Origin: an uncultured delta proteobacterium
GTDB lineage: Bacteria > Desulfobacterota > Binatia > Binatales > Binataceae
DNA length: 64,000 nt
NCBI GenBank assembly: GCA_963765675.1
Contig: CAVXXK010000004.1
Location: forward strand, 64,001 to 128,000
Direction: 5' to 3'
Part shown: in pieces, positions 9,356 to 20,213 of the stretch
Position numbering within the stretch: the stretch's first letter is position 1
How the letters are laid out: every line of letters starts with the position of its first letter
The notes under the pieces: generated by a model
Seen by the model: the letters and a program-made list of their open reading frames with translations, nothing else
What the model was told of the DNA's origin: nothing
Databases searched by the model: none
Made by a program: the position numbers and the translations under genes

Positions 9356-10393
9356 TTACGCGACGCGGCGCATGAGTTCGAGGATGTCGTAGCCTGTAAT
9401 GTCGCGGCTCTTGGCGGACCATTCGCGCAGCTCTGCGTCGCTCACCAGACCGGCTTGGGCGCCTTTTGCGAGATCCATCAGCGCGATCTTGATCGTTGCT
9501 TCGTCGATCATCTCGCCGGTTTTGGGATCCGCCATCGAGCCGCCACCCTTCTCGTGATAGAGCTTGATCACGCGGCGTGCATCCTCGACCTGCTCGGCAG
9601 TCGGCGTGAAGCAGGCATTGGCGATTTCGGCCTGCTGCGGATGAATCACCCACGTACCGTCCATCCCGAGGTTCGCCGCGCCCACGTTCTTCGCACGCAG
9701 CTCGTCCTTCAGTTGCGCGATACGCTCGGGTGCGTCGGTGTTCTTCCACAGGCGCAGAAAAACGTTGTCCACCGCGTGGAGACCGGCGGCCTTCGCGGCG
9801 ACCACAACCGCCTGCTTGGAATACAAAAAGTTGATGTTCTGATTCTCGACGATATCGCGAATTCCCAGGTTCGCCGCGAAATCCGCGATCCCGAAAACCA
9901 ACCCCGCCATCCGATCCGACGCCATCGCGATGTCGTAGGCGTGGACCAGCGCGTGCGGCGTTTCGATCAGTGACTCGATCTGCACGCGATACTTCCATCC
10001 GCCACGCTTTTCCAGATCGTCGAGCAGCTTCGCGACCTGCTTGATCTCCTCGGGGCCGCGGGTCTTGGGCAGCATGATGCCGTGGAAGCGGTTCGGAGCA
10101 CCGAGCATGATCGCTTCCATGTCCTCTTTGAAAAACTTCGAGTGGATATTGTTCGGGCGGACCGTCACCACCTTCTTTCCGAAATCGAGCGTGGTCAGCG
10201 CCTCGACCATTACGGCACGGCTCTTGGGCCCTTTGAACTCATAGGGGCAGGCGTCCTCGAAATCCGCCATCACATGATCGACCGGAGACTTAACCGGATC
10301 GGCCGCGTTCTGATGCAGCTTCATACTGTGGCCGGGATAGGTCATCTCGGTGCGCGGGATGACGAAACGGGTGCCGTTGTCCAATACGTACAT
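9356..10393 (-). CDS. CitE/HpcH-family CoA-ester lyase, probably malyl-CoA/beta-methylmalyl-CoA lyase
   Basis: DFEDA, LIETP, FGIADF, VIHPQQ, MIDEAT motifs; clustered with ccr, an acyl-CoA dehydrogenase and MaoC hydratases. Confidence 0.82.
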   Translation of the reverse strand: MYVLDNGTRFVIPRTEMTYPGHSMKLHQNAADPVKSPVDHVMADFEDACPYEFKGPKSRAVMVEALTTLDFGKKVVTVRPNNIHSKFFKEDMEAIMLGAPNRFHGIMLPKTRGPEEIKQVAKLLDDLEKRGGWKYRVQIESLIETPHALVHAYDIAMASDRMAGLVFGIADFAANLGIRDIVENQNINFLYSKQAVVVAAKAAGLHAVDNVFLRLWKNTDAPERIAQLKDELRAKNVGAANLGMDGTWVIHPQQAEIANACFTPTAEQVEDARRVIKLYHEKGGGSMADPKTGEMIDEATIKIALMDLAKGAQAGLVSDAELREWSAKSRDITGYDILELMRRVA

Positions 10394-10443
10394 GTAATTC
10401 CACTCCTGCGGGAAATCCGTGCGCGCGAATACTCAGTCGCGCT

Positions 10444-10929
10444 TCAGGCATTCTTTAGATAGTGCGACTTCTTTTTAACCAGTACCGTGCGATCGATCTC
10501 GACCACCACCGTGCCGTCAGGCTTGAAACCTTCGAGCTTGAACTTCACCAGCCCGGCATTGGGACGATCGGAGTCGCGTTTTTCGAGCACGGTCGAACGC
10601 GCGTAGATTGTGTCGCCGTGGAAAACAGGATTGGTATGCTTCCCGTTATCCATCTCAACTTCGGCGATCGCGTTCTCGCTGGTATCCTCAGACGCGAGCC
10701 CTACCGTGAATGCGAGCACGACGCCGCCGTACACTACGCGCCGCCCGTTGTAGAAGGTCTTCGGATCCTTGTCGACCATGTTCTGGTTGAAGTGCAGCTC
10801 GGCCGTGTTCATGACCATCGAGGTGAAAATATGATTGTCCGCCTCGGTGATAGTGCGGCCGCGCTGATGCTCCAGCGTGTCGCCCACGACGAAGTCTTCG
10901 TAGTAGCTATTGTCGCCGGTGATACTCAT
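10444..10929 (-). CDS. MaoC-family (hotdog fold) dehydratase
   Basis: YYEDFVVGD, GRTITEADN, PVFHGDTIYA motifs. Confidence 0.9.
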   Translation of the reverse strand: MSITGDNSYYEDFVVGDTLEHQRGRTITEADNHIFTSMVMNTAELHFNQNMVDKDPKTFYNGRRVVYGGVVLAFTVGLASEDTSENAIAEVEMDNGKHTNPVFHGDTIYARSTVLEKRDSDRPNAGLVKFKLEGFKPDGTVVVEIDRTVLVKKKSHYLKNA

Positions 10930-10938
10930 TGCGATTAC

Positions 10939-12106
10939 CTAGTTCTGCTCCATGATACGCCGGCCGATGACCTCGTACTGGATTTCGCTGGTGCCCTCGA
11001 AGATCGACAGCACCCGCGCGTCGCGCCAGAAGCGCTGCGCCTCGAACTCCATCGAGTAGCCATAGCCGCCATGCACCTGCATCGCCTCGCGCGTCACGCG
11101 CTCGGCCATCTCGGCGGCAAATGCCTTGGCGAGGCCGGCCTCGTAATCGCATCGCTTCCCGGTATCTTTCTGCGACGCGGCGAAGTAGCAAAGCTGGCGA
11201 CCGGCTTCGATCTCGACCGCCATGTGCGCGAGCTTGTGCCGAATGACCTGGAAGTCTCCGATCGGCTGCCCGAACTGCGTGCGCTGCTTCGCGTATTTGA
11301 CCGCGGTCTCGAACGCGGCCTGCGCCACGCCGACGCCGCGCGCCGCGGTCTGGATCCGCGCAGCCTCGTAACTGGCCATCAGTTGATAGAATCCGCGCCC
11401 CTCCTGCCCGCCGATGAGATTTGCCGCCGGCGCGTATGCGTCATCGAACTGCAGCGCGTAGCGAGCGCATACCGTGGTAGCCGATCGTTGGAATCGGCGA
11501 GCCGGTTAGCTGCGGAGGCGCGAAGTTATCGCCCGGCTCCTTCTCGTAGAGGATCAGCGAGAGTCCCTTGTGACGCTTGGTCAGGTCAGGATCGGTGCGA
11601 GTCATTACGGTCAGCATGTGTGCGCGATTTGCGAACGTGCACCACATCTTCGAGCCTTTGATCAGATAGCCGTCGCCCTCTTTGACCGCGCGGGTTTTGA
11701 ACGACGCGGTGTCGCTACCCGAATCAGGCTCGGTGAAAGCGGCAGCCGTGAGAATTTCGCCGCGCGCAATTTTCGGCAGGAAGCGCTTTTTCTGATCGGG
11801 CGTGCCGTTGGCGCTGATCAGCGTGCCGGTGATGATGTTGCGAGTCATCACCGAGCCGACCGAAAGCCATCCGCGCGAGAGTTCCTCGGTGACTATCGCC
11901 ATCGAGATGTAATCGAGTCCGAGTCCGCCGTCGTCGACCGGAAAAATGACGCCGAAGTAGCCGAGCTCGGCCATCTTCTTCAGGATGTGCTCGGGGATTT
12001 CCTTGTTCTCGCGATCGAGGTCGTTCGCGATCGGCTTGACCTCGGCATCGACGAATTCGCGCACCGAGCGGCGAATCTCTTCATGTTCGGGCGTAACCAG
12101 CGCCAT
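10939..12106 (-). CDS. Acyl-CoA dehydrogenase, probably (2S)-methylsuccinyl-CoA dehydrogenase; interrupted by one extra base at ~11461
   Basis: ORFs 11441-12106 and 10939-11379 join as ...GYHGMRS/YALQFDDAYAPAANLIGGQEGRGFYQLMASYEAARIQTAARGVG...; FTEPDSGSD and IFEGTSEIQ motifs. Confidence 0.88.
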
Positions 12107-12115
12107 CGTTGTAAC

Positions 12116-12589
12116 CTACTCTGCCTTGACGTTGCGCTTGCGAATCAAAACCGGACGCTCGTACTCGAGCACCTTTTCGCCGCGCTGGTTGTATCCTGTG
12201 GTGCGAAACTTCACGATTCCGCGATCGGGACGCGAGCTGTCGCGCTTGGAGACCACCAGCGACTCCGAGGTGAGAGTATCACCCGGATAGACCGTCGCGA
12301 GATACTTCATCCCTTCGTAGCCGAGATGCGCGATCGCGCGTTCGCTCAGGTCCTCGACCGAGAGTCCGAACACGACGTTCATCACCAGCAGATGATTTAC
12401 GACCACGCCCTTGTAGCCCAGGGACTTGGCATACTCGGCGTTGAAGTAGATAGGGTTGGCATTCATCGTGACCGACGAAAAGAAAGAATTGTCGCCGTCT
12501 GTGATCGTGCGGCCCCAATGATGCTTGTACAGATGACCGACTTCGAAATCCTCGAAGTAGTGTCCGTGCTCGATTTTGCGCACCGCCAT
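12116..12589 (-). CDS. MaoC-family (hotdog fold) dehydratase
   Basis: YFEDFEVG, GRTITDGDN, NPIYFNAEYA, VYPGDTL motifs. Confidence 0.9.
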   Translation of the reverse strand: MAVRKIEHGHYFEDFEVGHLYKHHWGRTITDGDNSFFSSVTMNANPIYFNAEYAKSLGYKGVVVNHLLVMNVVFGLSVEDLSERAIAHLGYEGMKYLATVYPGDTLTSESLVVSKRDSSRPDRGIVKFRTTGYNQRGEKVLEYERPVLIRKRNVKAE

Positions 12590-12915
12590 ATGGGTCTGGC
12601 TTTTGGCTCCCTCAAATTCTGTCGTACGCTATATTTTCCGCGCGCGCGGGCCTGTATGCGGATGGCCACGCCGGGCTTTGACCTGCCTGACCGAGCGTGG
12701 CGCGTTGGTTTTTTTTATGGAATTGCGCCCTACGCGTCAACCGATATGATCGAGGCTGGGCGCACCCCCGCCTAACGAGTGTACGGCTACCGGTTGTCAA
12801 AGGCGCGCCAAACATATACGTATTCTGTTCGCCCCCATGACTTCGGATCTCCTTCTGGGGTTGGACTCGCAAACCGAAAGGACGGGCCGACACGCAGACG
12901 GTAAACTTAAGGGAT

Positions 12916-14169
12916 ATGAGCCACAAGGAAATTTACGAAATCGGCGAAGTGCCACCGCTCGGACACATTCCGTCGCACATGTACGCGCAGGTGATTCGCG
13001 CGGATCGCTTCGGGCATCCGAAGCACGCGTTCAAGATCGAAAAAATCGCGGTGCCCGAGCTGCGCCCCGACGAGGTGCTGGTCTACGTGATGGCGGCCGG
13101 CATCAATCGCAATAACGTGTGGGCCGCGCTGGGCAGCCCGATCGACGTGATCGCGGCGCGCAACAAATCCAAGTACGACCATCACGATTTCCATGTCGGC
13201 GGCAGCGACGCCTCGGGAATCGTGTACGCACTCGGCAAGGACGTTAAGAGCGTCAAGCTCGGCGACCGCGTAGTGATTCATTGCGGCACCTGGGATCGCG
13301 ATTGCCCCGCGGTGCGCAACAACGAAGATCCGATGTACGATCCGTCGTACAAAATCTGGGGCTACGAAACCAACTTCGGCAGCTTCGCGCAGTTCACGCG
13401 CGTGCAGGCGCATCAGTGCATGCTCAAGGCGCCTCACCTGACGTGGGAGGAAGCCGCGGCGCCGACGCTGGTCGGCGCGACGACCTACCGCATGCTGATG
13501 GGATGGCAGCCCAACGTCGTGCACAAAAACGACGTCGTGCTGATCTGGGGCGCGTCGGGCGGCCTTGGCTCAATGGCGATACAGATCGTCAAGGCCGAGG
13601 GCGGCATCCCGGTCGGCGTCGTCGGCAGCGACAAGAAGTTCGACTTTTGCATGAAGCTCGGCGCCAAGGGATGCATCAACCGCAAAAAGTTTTCCCATTG
13701 GGGCATGATGCCGCATTGGACCGACACCGCCGCGTACAACAAATGGGCCTCCGAGTGCCGCAGCTTCGGCAAGGCGATTTGGGATATCGTCGGCGAGCGC
13801 AGAAATCCGAAAATCGTCTTCGAGCATCCGGGTGAAGACACGGTCCCGACCTCGATCTTCGTCTGCGACACCGGCGGGATGGTGGTAATTTGCGCGGGCA
13901 CGACCGGCTACAACGCGGTCGCCGATTTGCGCTACCTCTGGATGCGCCAGAAGCGGCTCCAGGGATCGCATTTCGCCAACGACGAGCAGTCGTACGCGTT
14001 CAATCAGCTCGTGATCGATCGCAAGATCGATCCGTGCCTCGCCCAGACTTTCAAGTTCGAAGATATCGGCCATAGCCATCAGTTGATGCACGAGAATGAG
14101 GCGCCCGAGGGCAACATGGCCGCGCTGGTCGGCGCTCCGCGCACGGGCTTGAAGGATCTCGATCTCTAG
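12916..14169 (+). CDS. ccr: Crotonyl-CoA carboxylase/reductase
   Basis: [57 protein letters not shown]; CO2-binding Asn/Glu/His positions present. Confidence 0.95.
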   Translation: MSHKEIYEIGEVPPLGHIPSHMYAQVIRADRFGHPKHAFKIEKIAVPELRPDEVLVYVMAAGINRNNVWAALGSPIDVIAARNKSKYDHHDFHVGGSDASGIVYALGKDVKSVKLGDRVVIHCGTWDRDCPAVRNNEDPMYDPSYKIWGYETNFGSFAQFTRVQAHQCMLKAPHLTWEEAAAPTLVGATTYRMLMGWQPNVVHKNDVVLIWGASGGLGSMAIQIVKAEGGIPVGVVGSDKKFDFCMKLGAKGCINRKKFSHWGMMPHWTDTAAYNKWASECRSFGKAIWDIVGERRNPKIVFEHPGEDTVPTSIFVCDTGGMVVICAGTTGYNAVADLRYLWMRQKRLQGSHFANDEQSYAFNQLVIDRKIDPCLAQTFKFEDIGHSHQLMHENEAPEGNMAALVGAPRTGLKDLDL

Positions 14170-14220
14170 CAGCGCCCCGATGTTCGCGCGGTGCGTCGTC
14201 GCGATAGACTTAAGACCGCG

Positions 14221-17118
14221 ATGACGCCCGCGACCAAAGCGCTCGAACGCAAGCTCGCCTCGTCCATCGAGGGCGACGTGCGCTTCGATATCGGCACGCT
14301 CGCCGCCTACTCGACCGACGCGTCGAACTACCGCCAGATTCCAATCGGCGTGATCGTCCCGCGCCACAACGGCGATATCGGCGCCGCGCTCACAATCGCG
14401 CGCGAGAACAGGATACCGATCCTCGCGCGCGGAGGCGGCACCAGCCTCGGCGGGCAGGCCGCCAACGCGGCACTGGTGCTGGATTTTTCGAAGTACATGA
14501 ACCGAATCATCGCGATCGACGCCGCGCGCGGACGCGCCGTCGTCGAGCCCGGCGTCGTGCAGAGCGACCTGAATGCCGCGCTCGCGCCGCACGGCTTGTT
14601 CTTCGCACCCGATCCCTCGACCAAGGATCGATGCACGATCGGCGGGATGATCGGCAATAACTCCTGCGGCGCGCACTCCGCCGCGTACGGCAAGACCGTC
14701 GATAATCTCGAAGCGCTCGACGCGATTCTCTACGACGGCACCGAATTGAAACTCCGGGGCGCGATGGACGACGCCGCAATCGCCTCGACGCTCGCGGGCG
14801 GCGATCGCACAGCGGCGCTCGTCCGCGCGATGCTCGCGATACGCGATCGCAACGCCGATTCGGTTCGTGCGCACTATCCGCAAATCCCGCGCCGCGTTTC
14901 CGGCTACAACCTCGACGAGCTTCTGCCCGAGCGCGGCTTCAACCTCGCGCGCGCAATCGTCGGCTCCGAGGGCACTTGCGCAATCACGACCGCCGCCACG
15001 CTGCGCGTCGTGCCGCGTCCCAAAAATGTCGCGGTGCTGGTGCTCGGTTTCGACGACGTGTTCACCGCCGCCGACCAGATGCCGTGGATGCTGGCGCATC
15101 GGCCCGAGGCGCTCGAAGGCTTCGATCAGAATCTGCCCGATTTCGCGCGCCAGAAGAAAATGCCGGGGGTAAAGTTCCTGCCCGACGGACGCGCCTTCCT
15201 GGTCGTCGAGCTCGGCGGAGGATCGGCGGACGAAGCGCGCGGCCGCGCCGAGAGCATGCTCGCCGAGGCGCGCCGAATCGCCACGTCAACCGGCGCGGCG
15301 CTTCTGACCGACGCCGGCGAGCAATCGGCCGTGTGGAAAATCCGCGAGTCCGGCCTCGGCTCGAGCGCCTATATCGCCGGCCGTCCTCGCACTTGGCCCG
15401 GCGCGGAAGACGCGGCCGTCGCACCGGCGAAGCTCGGTGAGTACCTGCGCCGCTTCGACGCGATGCTCCAGAAGCACCGGCTTATCGCCGCGACCTACTA
15501 CGGCCATTTCGGCGAAGGATGCGTTCACGCGCGAATCAGCTTCGACCTCGCGAGCGACGCCGGCGTGCGCGTGTTCCGCGCCGCAATGGAAGATCTCGCC
15601 ACGATCGTCGCCGAACTCGGCGGCTCGCTCTCCGGCGAGCATGGCGACGGAATTGCGCGCTCCGAACTTCTGCCGGCGATGTATCCGCGCGATCTGATCG
15701 ACGCCTTCCGCGACTTCAAGCACGCGTTCGATCCCGACTCGCGGATGAATCCCGGTGTGATCGTCGATCCGCATCCGCTCGATTCGCATCTCAAGCAGGG
15801 CGCTGGATGGAACCCGCGCGCCGTCGCGACGCACTTCGACTTCGCGAGTGAAGGCGGCCTCGCCGGCGCGGCGCTCAAGTGCGTCGGAATCGGAAAATGC
15901 CGCAAGACCGACGCCGGCGCGATGTGCCCGTCGTATATGGCGACGCGCGAGGAGAAGCATTCGACGCGCGGTCGCGCGCGAATAATTCTCGAGGCGCTGG
16001 CAGGCGACACTCTCCCCGGCGGCTTCACCGACCCCGCGCTCAAAGAGGCCCTCGACCTGTGCCTCGCGTGCAAAGCATGCAAGGGCGAGTGCCCGTCGTC
16101 GATCGATATGGCAGCGTATCGCGCGGAATTTTTTTCGCACTACTACGCCGAGCATCGCCGCCCGCTCGCCGCACATTTTTTTGGACGGATGCACGAGTTC
16201 GCGCGCATCGCGGAGATCGCTCCGCACCTCGTCAACGCGCTCGCGAACGCACCCGTAACCGGAGCGCTCGCGCGCCGCGCGCTGGGAATCCATCGCGGGC
16301 GCGAGCTGCCGCGCTTCGCGCCGAGCACCTTCCGATCGTGGTTCGCGTCGCGCCGACCTGCAAAAGCTTCAGCCGCTGATGCGCGCGAGGTGATTCTGTT
16401 CCCAGACACCTTCAACAATTTCTTCGAACCCAATGTCGCGATCGCCGCGGTCGAGGTCCTCGAACGCGCCGGCTTTCGCGTCTCGATTCCCGCACGCGAC
16501 GTATGCTGCGGGCGCCCGCTCTACGACCAGGGGATGCTCGATCGCGCCAAGCGCTATCTCGCGCGCGTGCTCGACGTTCTCGCGCCGGCGGCCGCGCGCG
16601 GCACTCCAGTTATCGGCCTTGAACCGAGCTGTATCCTGACATTTCGCGACGAGCTGCCGTCGATGTTTCCGAGTGACGCGCGCGCCGCCGCGCTAGCCGA
16701 GCGCTCGATGCTTCTAGCCGAATTTCTGGCACGCGAGGCTCCCAACTTCGTGCCGCCAGCGCTCGGCGCAACCGCCCTACTGCACGGACACTGCCATCAG
16801 CAGGCGCTCGCGGGAGTCGGCGCAGAGACCTCGATTCTCGCGCGGGTGGGCGGCCTCAAGCTCAATGTCCTCGACGCAGGATGCTGCGGGATGGCGGGTG
16901 CTTTCGGCTACAGCGCCGAACACTATTCCGTGTCGCGCGCGGCCGGAGAGCGCGTGCTCGCCCCGACGATTCGCGATAGCCCCAACGCCGCGATCATCAT
17001 CGCCGACGGCTTTTCGTGCCGCACGCAGATTCGCCATCTGTGTCCCGGACGCCGCCCGATGCATCTGGCCGAGGTGCTTAATCTCTCCGCCTCTACCGGC
17101 GCCGCTCGCAGCGCTTAA
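14221..17118 (+). CDS. FAD-linked oxidase with 4Fe-4S and CCG domains (YdiJ / D-2-hydroxyacid dehydrogenase-like)
   Basis: RGGGTSLGGQ, GGMIGNNSCG, SGEHGDG, CVGIGKC...CP, CLACKACKGECP, CCGRP, CCGMAG motifs. Confidence 0.92.
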   Translation: MTPATKALERKLASSIEGDVRFDIGTLAAYSTDASNYRQIPIGVIVPRHNGDIGAALTIARENRIPILARGGGTSLGGQAANAALVLDFSKYMNRIIAIDAARGRAVVEPGVVQSDLNAALAPHGLFFAPDPSTKDRCTIGGMIGNNSCGAHSAAYGKTVDNLEALDAILYDGTELKLRGAMDDAAIASTLAGGDRTAALVRAMLAIRDRNADSVRAHYPQIPRRVSGYNLDELLPERGFNLARAIVGSEGTCAITTAATLRVVPRPKNVAVLVLGFDDVFTAADQMPWMLAHRPEALEGFDQNLPDFARQKKMPGVKFLPDGRAFLVVELGGGSADEARGRAESMLAEARRIATSTGAALLTDAGEQSAVWKIRESGLGSSAYIAGRPRTWPGAEDAAVAPAKLGEYLRRFDAMLQKHRLIAATYYGHFGEGCVHARISFDLASDAGVRVFRAAMEDLATIVAELGGSLSGEHGDGIARSELLPAMYPRDLIDAFRDFKHAFDPDSRMNPGVIVDPHPLDSHLKQGAGWNPRAVATHFDFASEGGLAGAALKCVGIGKCRKTDAGAMCPSYMATREEKHSTRGRARIILEALAGDTLPGGFTDPALKEALDLCLACKACKGECPSSIDMAAYRAEFFSHYYAEHRRPLAAHFFGRMHEFARIAEIAPHLVNALANAPVTGALARRALGIHRGRELPRFAPSTFRSWFASRRPAKASAADAREVILFPDTFNNFFEPNVAIAAVEVLERAGFRVSIPARDVCCGRPLYDQGMLDRAKRYLARVLDVLAPAAARGTPVIGLEPSCILTFRDELPSMFPSDARAAALAERSMLLAEFLAREAPNFVPPALGATALLHGHCHQQALAGVGAETSILARVGGLKLNVLDAGCCGMAGAFGYSAEHYSVSRAAGERVLAPTIRDSPNAAIIIADGFSCRTQIRHLCPGRRPMHLAEVLNLSASTGAARSA

Positions 17119-17191
17119 TTGAACGATCGTTTATTGGTTTCAGATCGGCCGCGGCGTGCGCTAGATTCGAGGCGCTGGAGAAATACTCATC

Positions 17192-18229
17192 ATGATGAAG
17201 CTTGGAATCACGATCCCGTTCGATCCGTTTTCGAATACCCATTTCAAGGACCTTGTACGGACCGCCGACCGCTGTGGTTACACCGAGGCGTGGTCGTACG
17301 AATCATTCTCGACCGACGCATTCTCGCCGATCACCGCCGCCGCGATGCTTTCGGACAAGATGCATTTTGGCAGCGCAATCGTACCCGTGTTTAGCCGGCC
17401 TCCGGCGCTGATCGCGATGTCCGCGATCACCACGCAACTGCTCTCCGGCGGGCGCTTCGTGCTGGGTCTCGGCATCTCGACGCCGAATATCATGGAGAAC
17501 TGGATGAACGTGCCGTTTCGCAAGCCGGTCACGATGATCCGGGAGACGGTCGAGGCGCTGCGAGCGATCTTTCGCGGCGAGAAAGTCACAATGGCCGGCA
17601 AGATGATCAAACTGAACGGCTTCCGGCTCGATATTCCGTTCGACAATCCGCCGCCGATCTATATCGGAGCACAAGGCGCGCAGATGCTACGGATCGCGGG
17701 CGAAATCGGCGACGGCGTGATCGTCAATTTCATCACACCCGAAACTCTGCCCCCGATGCTCGACGAGACGCGCAACGCGATGCGTACGGCCGGCAAGGAT
17801 CCCGCAAAGCTCGACGTCGCATGCCGGATCATCTGCGCCGTCGATGAAGACGAAGCGACCGTTCGCGCGATGTTCCGGCGCGCGCTCACCGCCTACGTCA
17901 CCGTTCCGCAATACAACAAGTTCTTCAAGGAGATCGGTTACGAGAAAGAGGCGGGAATCGCATTCGACGCGTGGGCAGCCGGCGATCGTAAGAAGGCGCT
18001 CGAATCGATTCCGGACGGGATGGTCGAAAAGATTTTTGTCTTCGGCACGCCGGAGAAATGTGCGAAGCGACTGCGCGATTATGAACGCGCGGGAATAACC
18101 GCGAGCGCGCTCCAGTTCTCGTCGTTCGCAAAATCTCCCGACGAGCGCCGGGCAAACGTGCTGCGTGCGATCGAGCGCCTGGGCGACGCCTGGCGTAAGT
18201 CGGCCTGGTCGATCAGCATTCCACGCTGA
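17192..18229 (+). CDS. LLM-class flavin (possibly F420)-dependent oxidoreductase
   Basis: LSGGRFVLGLG, PIYIGAQG, AGEIGDG motifs. Confidence 0.88.
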   Translation: MMKLGITIPFDPFSNTHFKDLVRTADRCGYTEAWSYESFSTDAFSPITAAAMLSDKMHFGSAIVPVFSRPPALIAMSAITTQLLSGGRFVLGLGISTPNIMENWMNVPFRKPVTMIRETVEALRAIFRGEKVTMAGKMIKLNGFRLDIPFDNPPPIYIGAQGAQMLRIAGEIGDGVIVNFITPETLPPMLDETRNAMRTAGKDPAKLDVACRIICAVDEDEATVRAMFRRALTAYVTVPQYNKFFKEIGYEKEAGIAFDAWAAGDRKKALESIPDGMVEKIFVFGTPEKCAKRLRDYERAGITASALQFSSFAKSPDERRANVLRAIERLGDAWRKSAWSISIPR

Positions 18230-18264
18230 AAAAAGAAGCGCCCGGCTGGGAGGGAGCCGGGCGC
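18229..18264 (-). terminator. Intrinsic terminator
   Basis: GCGCCCGGCT/AGCCGGGCGC stem followed on the minus strand by TTCTTTTTT; lies between convergent genes. Confidence 0.75.
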
Positions 18265-18321
18265 CGGGACCGGAGTTTAGGCGCTGGCGCACGCCTTAAG
18301 TCTCCGGGATTGCTTTCGCGC

Positions 18322-19168
18322 TTAGTGGATAAAGTTGCCGAGCAGCGGCAGCGCTGACATAAGACCGCCCTGCTGTCCGTAGTACGGGTTCGCTCCGTAA
18401 CCGTTGTAGCCATTGTTCCCGTCGTAGCCGCCGTATCCGTTGTAGCCGCCATTGCCGCCCATGCCCATCAACGCCGCGAGCGGGCTCGCCTGCTGATAGC
18501 CCTCGTACCCGTAACCGCCGCGCCCCATCGCATATCCGCCGCCGGCGATCCCGAGCTTCGAGTTCACGTCGCCCAGTTTCTTGTTCACCTCTGAGAGCTG
18601 CTCATGCAGGTATGGATATTCGAGGAAGTTGGACCCCGAGTTGAGCTGCCGCTCGAGACTGGCCTTCTGCGCAAGCAATCGACCGCGATACGCCATCAGC
18701 GCCGGCCTGCCGTAGCCGGATTGGCCATAGCGTATGCGGACTGGCCATATCCGTAACCCGGCTCCGCGTATGCGGATGGATAACCGCCGACTCGCAGTTG
18801 TTCGCGATCGGCATCGGAGCGGCGTAGTTGTCGTATCCGTAGTACGGGCTGTAGCCGTTGTAATAGCCGCGCGGCTGATACGCGTATTGATTCAGGCGGT
18901 TGTCAGCGCGCACCCGCGCCGCGTTGCGCTCCCAGTTGCCGTGATGCTGGAAGGCCAAATTGCGGCCATTTTCGCGCGCCTGGAAGTTACGCACCGGATT
19001 GCGCTGCGCCATCGCGCGCGCGGTATTGAACCGTGGAGCGACCGGTGAATTGCGCGAGGCCGCGGCGCGCGCTTCGGCGTCGCGACGGGTTTTAGCATTG
19101 GCGGCGATAGGCGCTGCCATTATTGAGATTGCGATCAGAGCTGCGAAAAATCGCGATTTGGATTTCAC
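18322..19168 (-). CDS. Secreted Gly/Tyr-rich low-complexity protein; two apparent single-base deletions near 18790 and 18730
   Basis: GGAGGA RBS and GTG start; signal peptide KSKSRFFAALIAISIMAAPIAANA; restoring two G bases links both ORFs through GGYPSAYAEPGYGYGQSAYGYGQSGYGRPALMAYR. Confidence 0.65.
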
Positions 19169-19370
19169 TTTCGTCTTCCTCCGCCATTTATAAGAGAGCA
19201 TCAACGATGCCATCGGGCAGCAAACAAAAACTGTCCATTCCTCCTGCGACTTTCGCTGTCGCCTGTTCGTCGGCCTCGACCGAGTCGGTCCTCGTGGCCC
19301 GAAAGGGGTTTAACGATTGGTCATTATCGGTTTTCATTGCGTTTCGTTCACATTCGGCCGCCAGACAAAC

Positions 19371-19400
19371 AGGGCGCCCGTGCATCACGGACGCCCCTGC
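19371..19400 (-). terminator. Intrinsic terminator-like hairpin
   Basis: GGGCGCCCGTG-CAT-CACGGACGCCC stem, followed by TGTTTGT on the minus strand, downstream of the gene ending at 19424. Confidence 0.55.
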
Positions 19401-19423
19401 TCGCGCTTCACAAACGGTCGGAC

Positions 19424-19675
19424 TTAATAACGATAGTAGACCGGTGGCACATATCCGTTGCGATACGCGTAGGGCTGACTGAGCTCCCAGCGATGCCGTG
19501 CGAGATACGGATGCTCCCGCAGGAACCAGTAGCGTTGCGCCGGACCCATTGTCTCGAAGCGCTGGGCCAACTCGGCGCGGCGCCAGGCAGGTCGCGGATG
19601 AGCGGAGGCAACGGCGGGTGCCGCGAACATCGCGAATCCAAACAGTGCCGCCAGAATAGTCATCTTGGTTTTCAT
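19424..19675 (-). CDS. Small secreted Arg/Tyr-rich hypothetical protein
   Basis: AGGAGG RBS; signal peptide MKTKMTILAALFGFAMFAAPAVASA. Confidence 0.72.
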   Translation of the reverse strand: MKTKMTILAALFGFAMFAAPAVASAHPRPAWRRAELAQRFETMGPAQRYWFLREHPYLARHRWELSQPYAYRNGYVPPVYYRY

Positions 19676-19790
19676 GATTTCCAACCTCCTGCCTGTTAGA
19701 CGCCGCAGGTCGAAAAATCGTGACAAGAATTTCGTTACGTGATGGTAATGAACGGACGGTAAGGAGAGAATCTGATTTCGTAAACGCGAT

Positions 19791-20069
19791 CTAGACGAAA
19801 GTGCGCCGCGCGATGTAATACATCGCGGCGCCTACGCCCGCGTATACCGCGATTCCCTCAAGCAGGCTCACTCCACTGGTCACCAGGAACAGCCCGAGCA
19901 CCAGAGCGGTCGCCACTATCGCGACCACCTGCTCAATGCGCCGCTCGCGCTTCTGCACGCGCGCGACGTGCGCGGTAATCTGCGCGCCGCAATTGGGGCA
20001 TACACCGCCGCGCTTGACGATCAGGTCGGCCTCGCATTCGGGACATTCAATTTTAGTACGCAGCGGCAT
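19791..20069 (-). CDS. Small membrane protein with N-terminal zinc ribbon
   Basis: CPEC...CPNC followed by two hydrophobic helices. Confidence 0.72.
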   Translation of the reverse strand: MPLRTKIECPECEADLIVKRGGVCPNCGAQITAHVARVQKRERRIEQVVAIVATALVLGLFLVTSGVSLLEGIAVYAGVGAAMYYIARRTFV

Positions 20070-20213
20070 CGCGGACTTACGACCCTAGGCGCGGCTGCAG
20101 CCAGGTGCAACATCGCAGCCCTTCCCTTGCGGGCCACCGGCAAACGCTACTACATTCGCGGGCGAGTCGCCGAATGCCTGCACTTATTCGTCGCAGTCTC
20201 CAGGAGCTAGACG

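Noticed and set aside
12868-12900. GCAAACC-GAAA-GG upstream of ccr resembling a c-di-GMP-I riboswitch
   Set aside because: The stem is only 2 bp, and the following GCAAAG and second hairpin of the consensus are missing.
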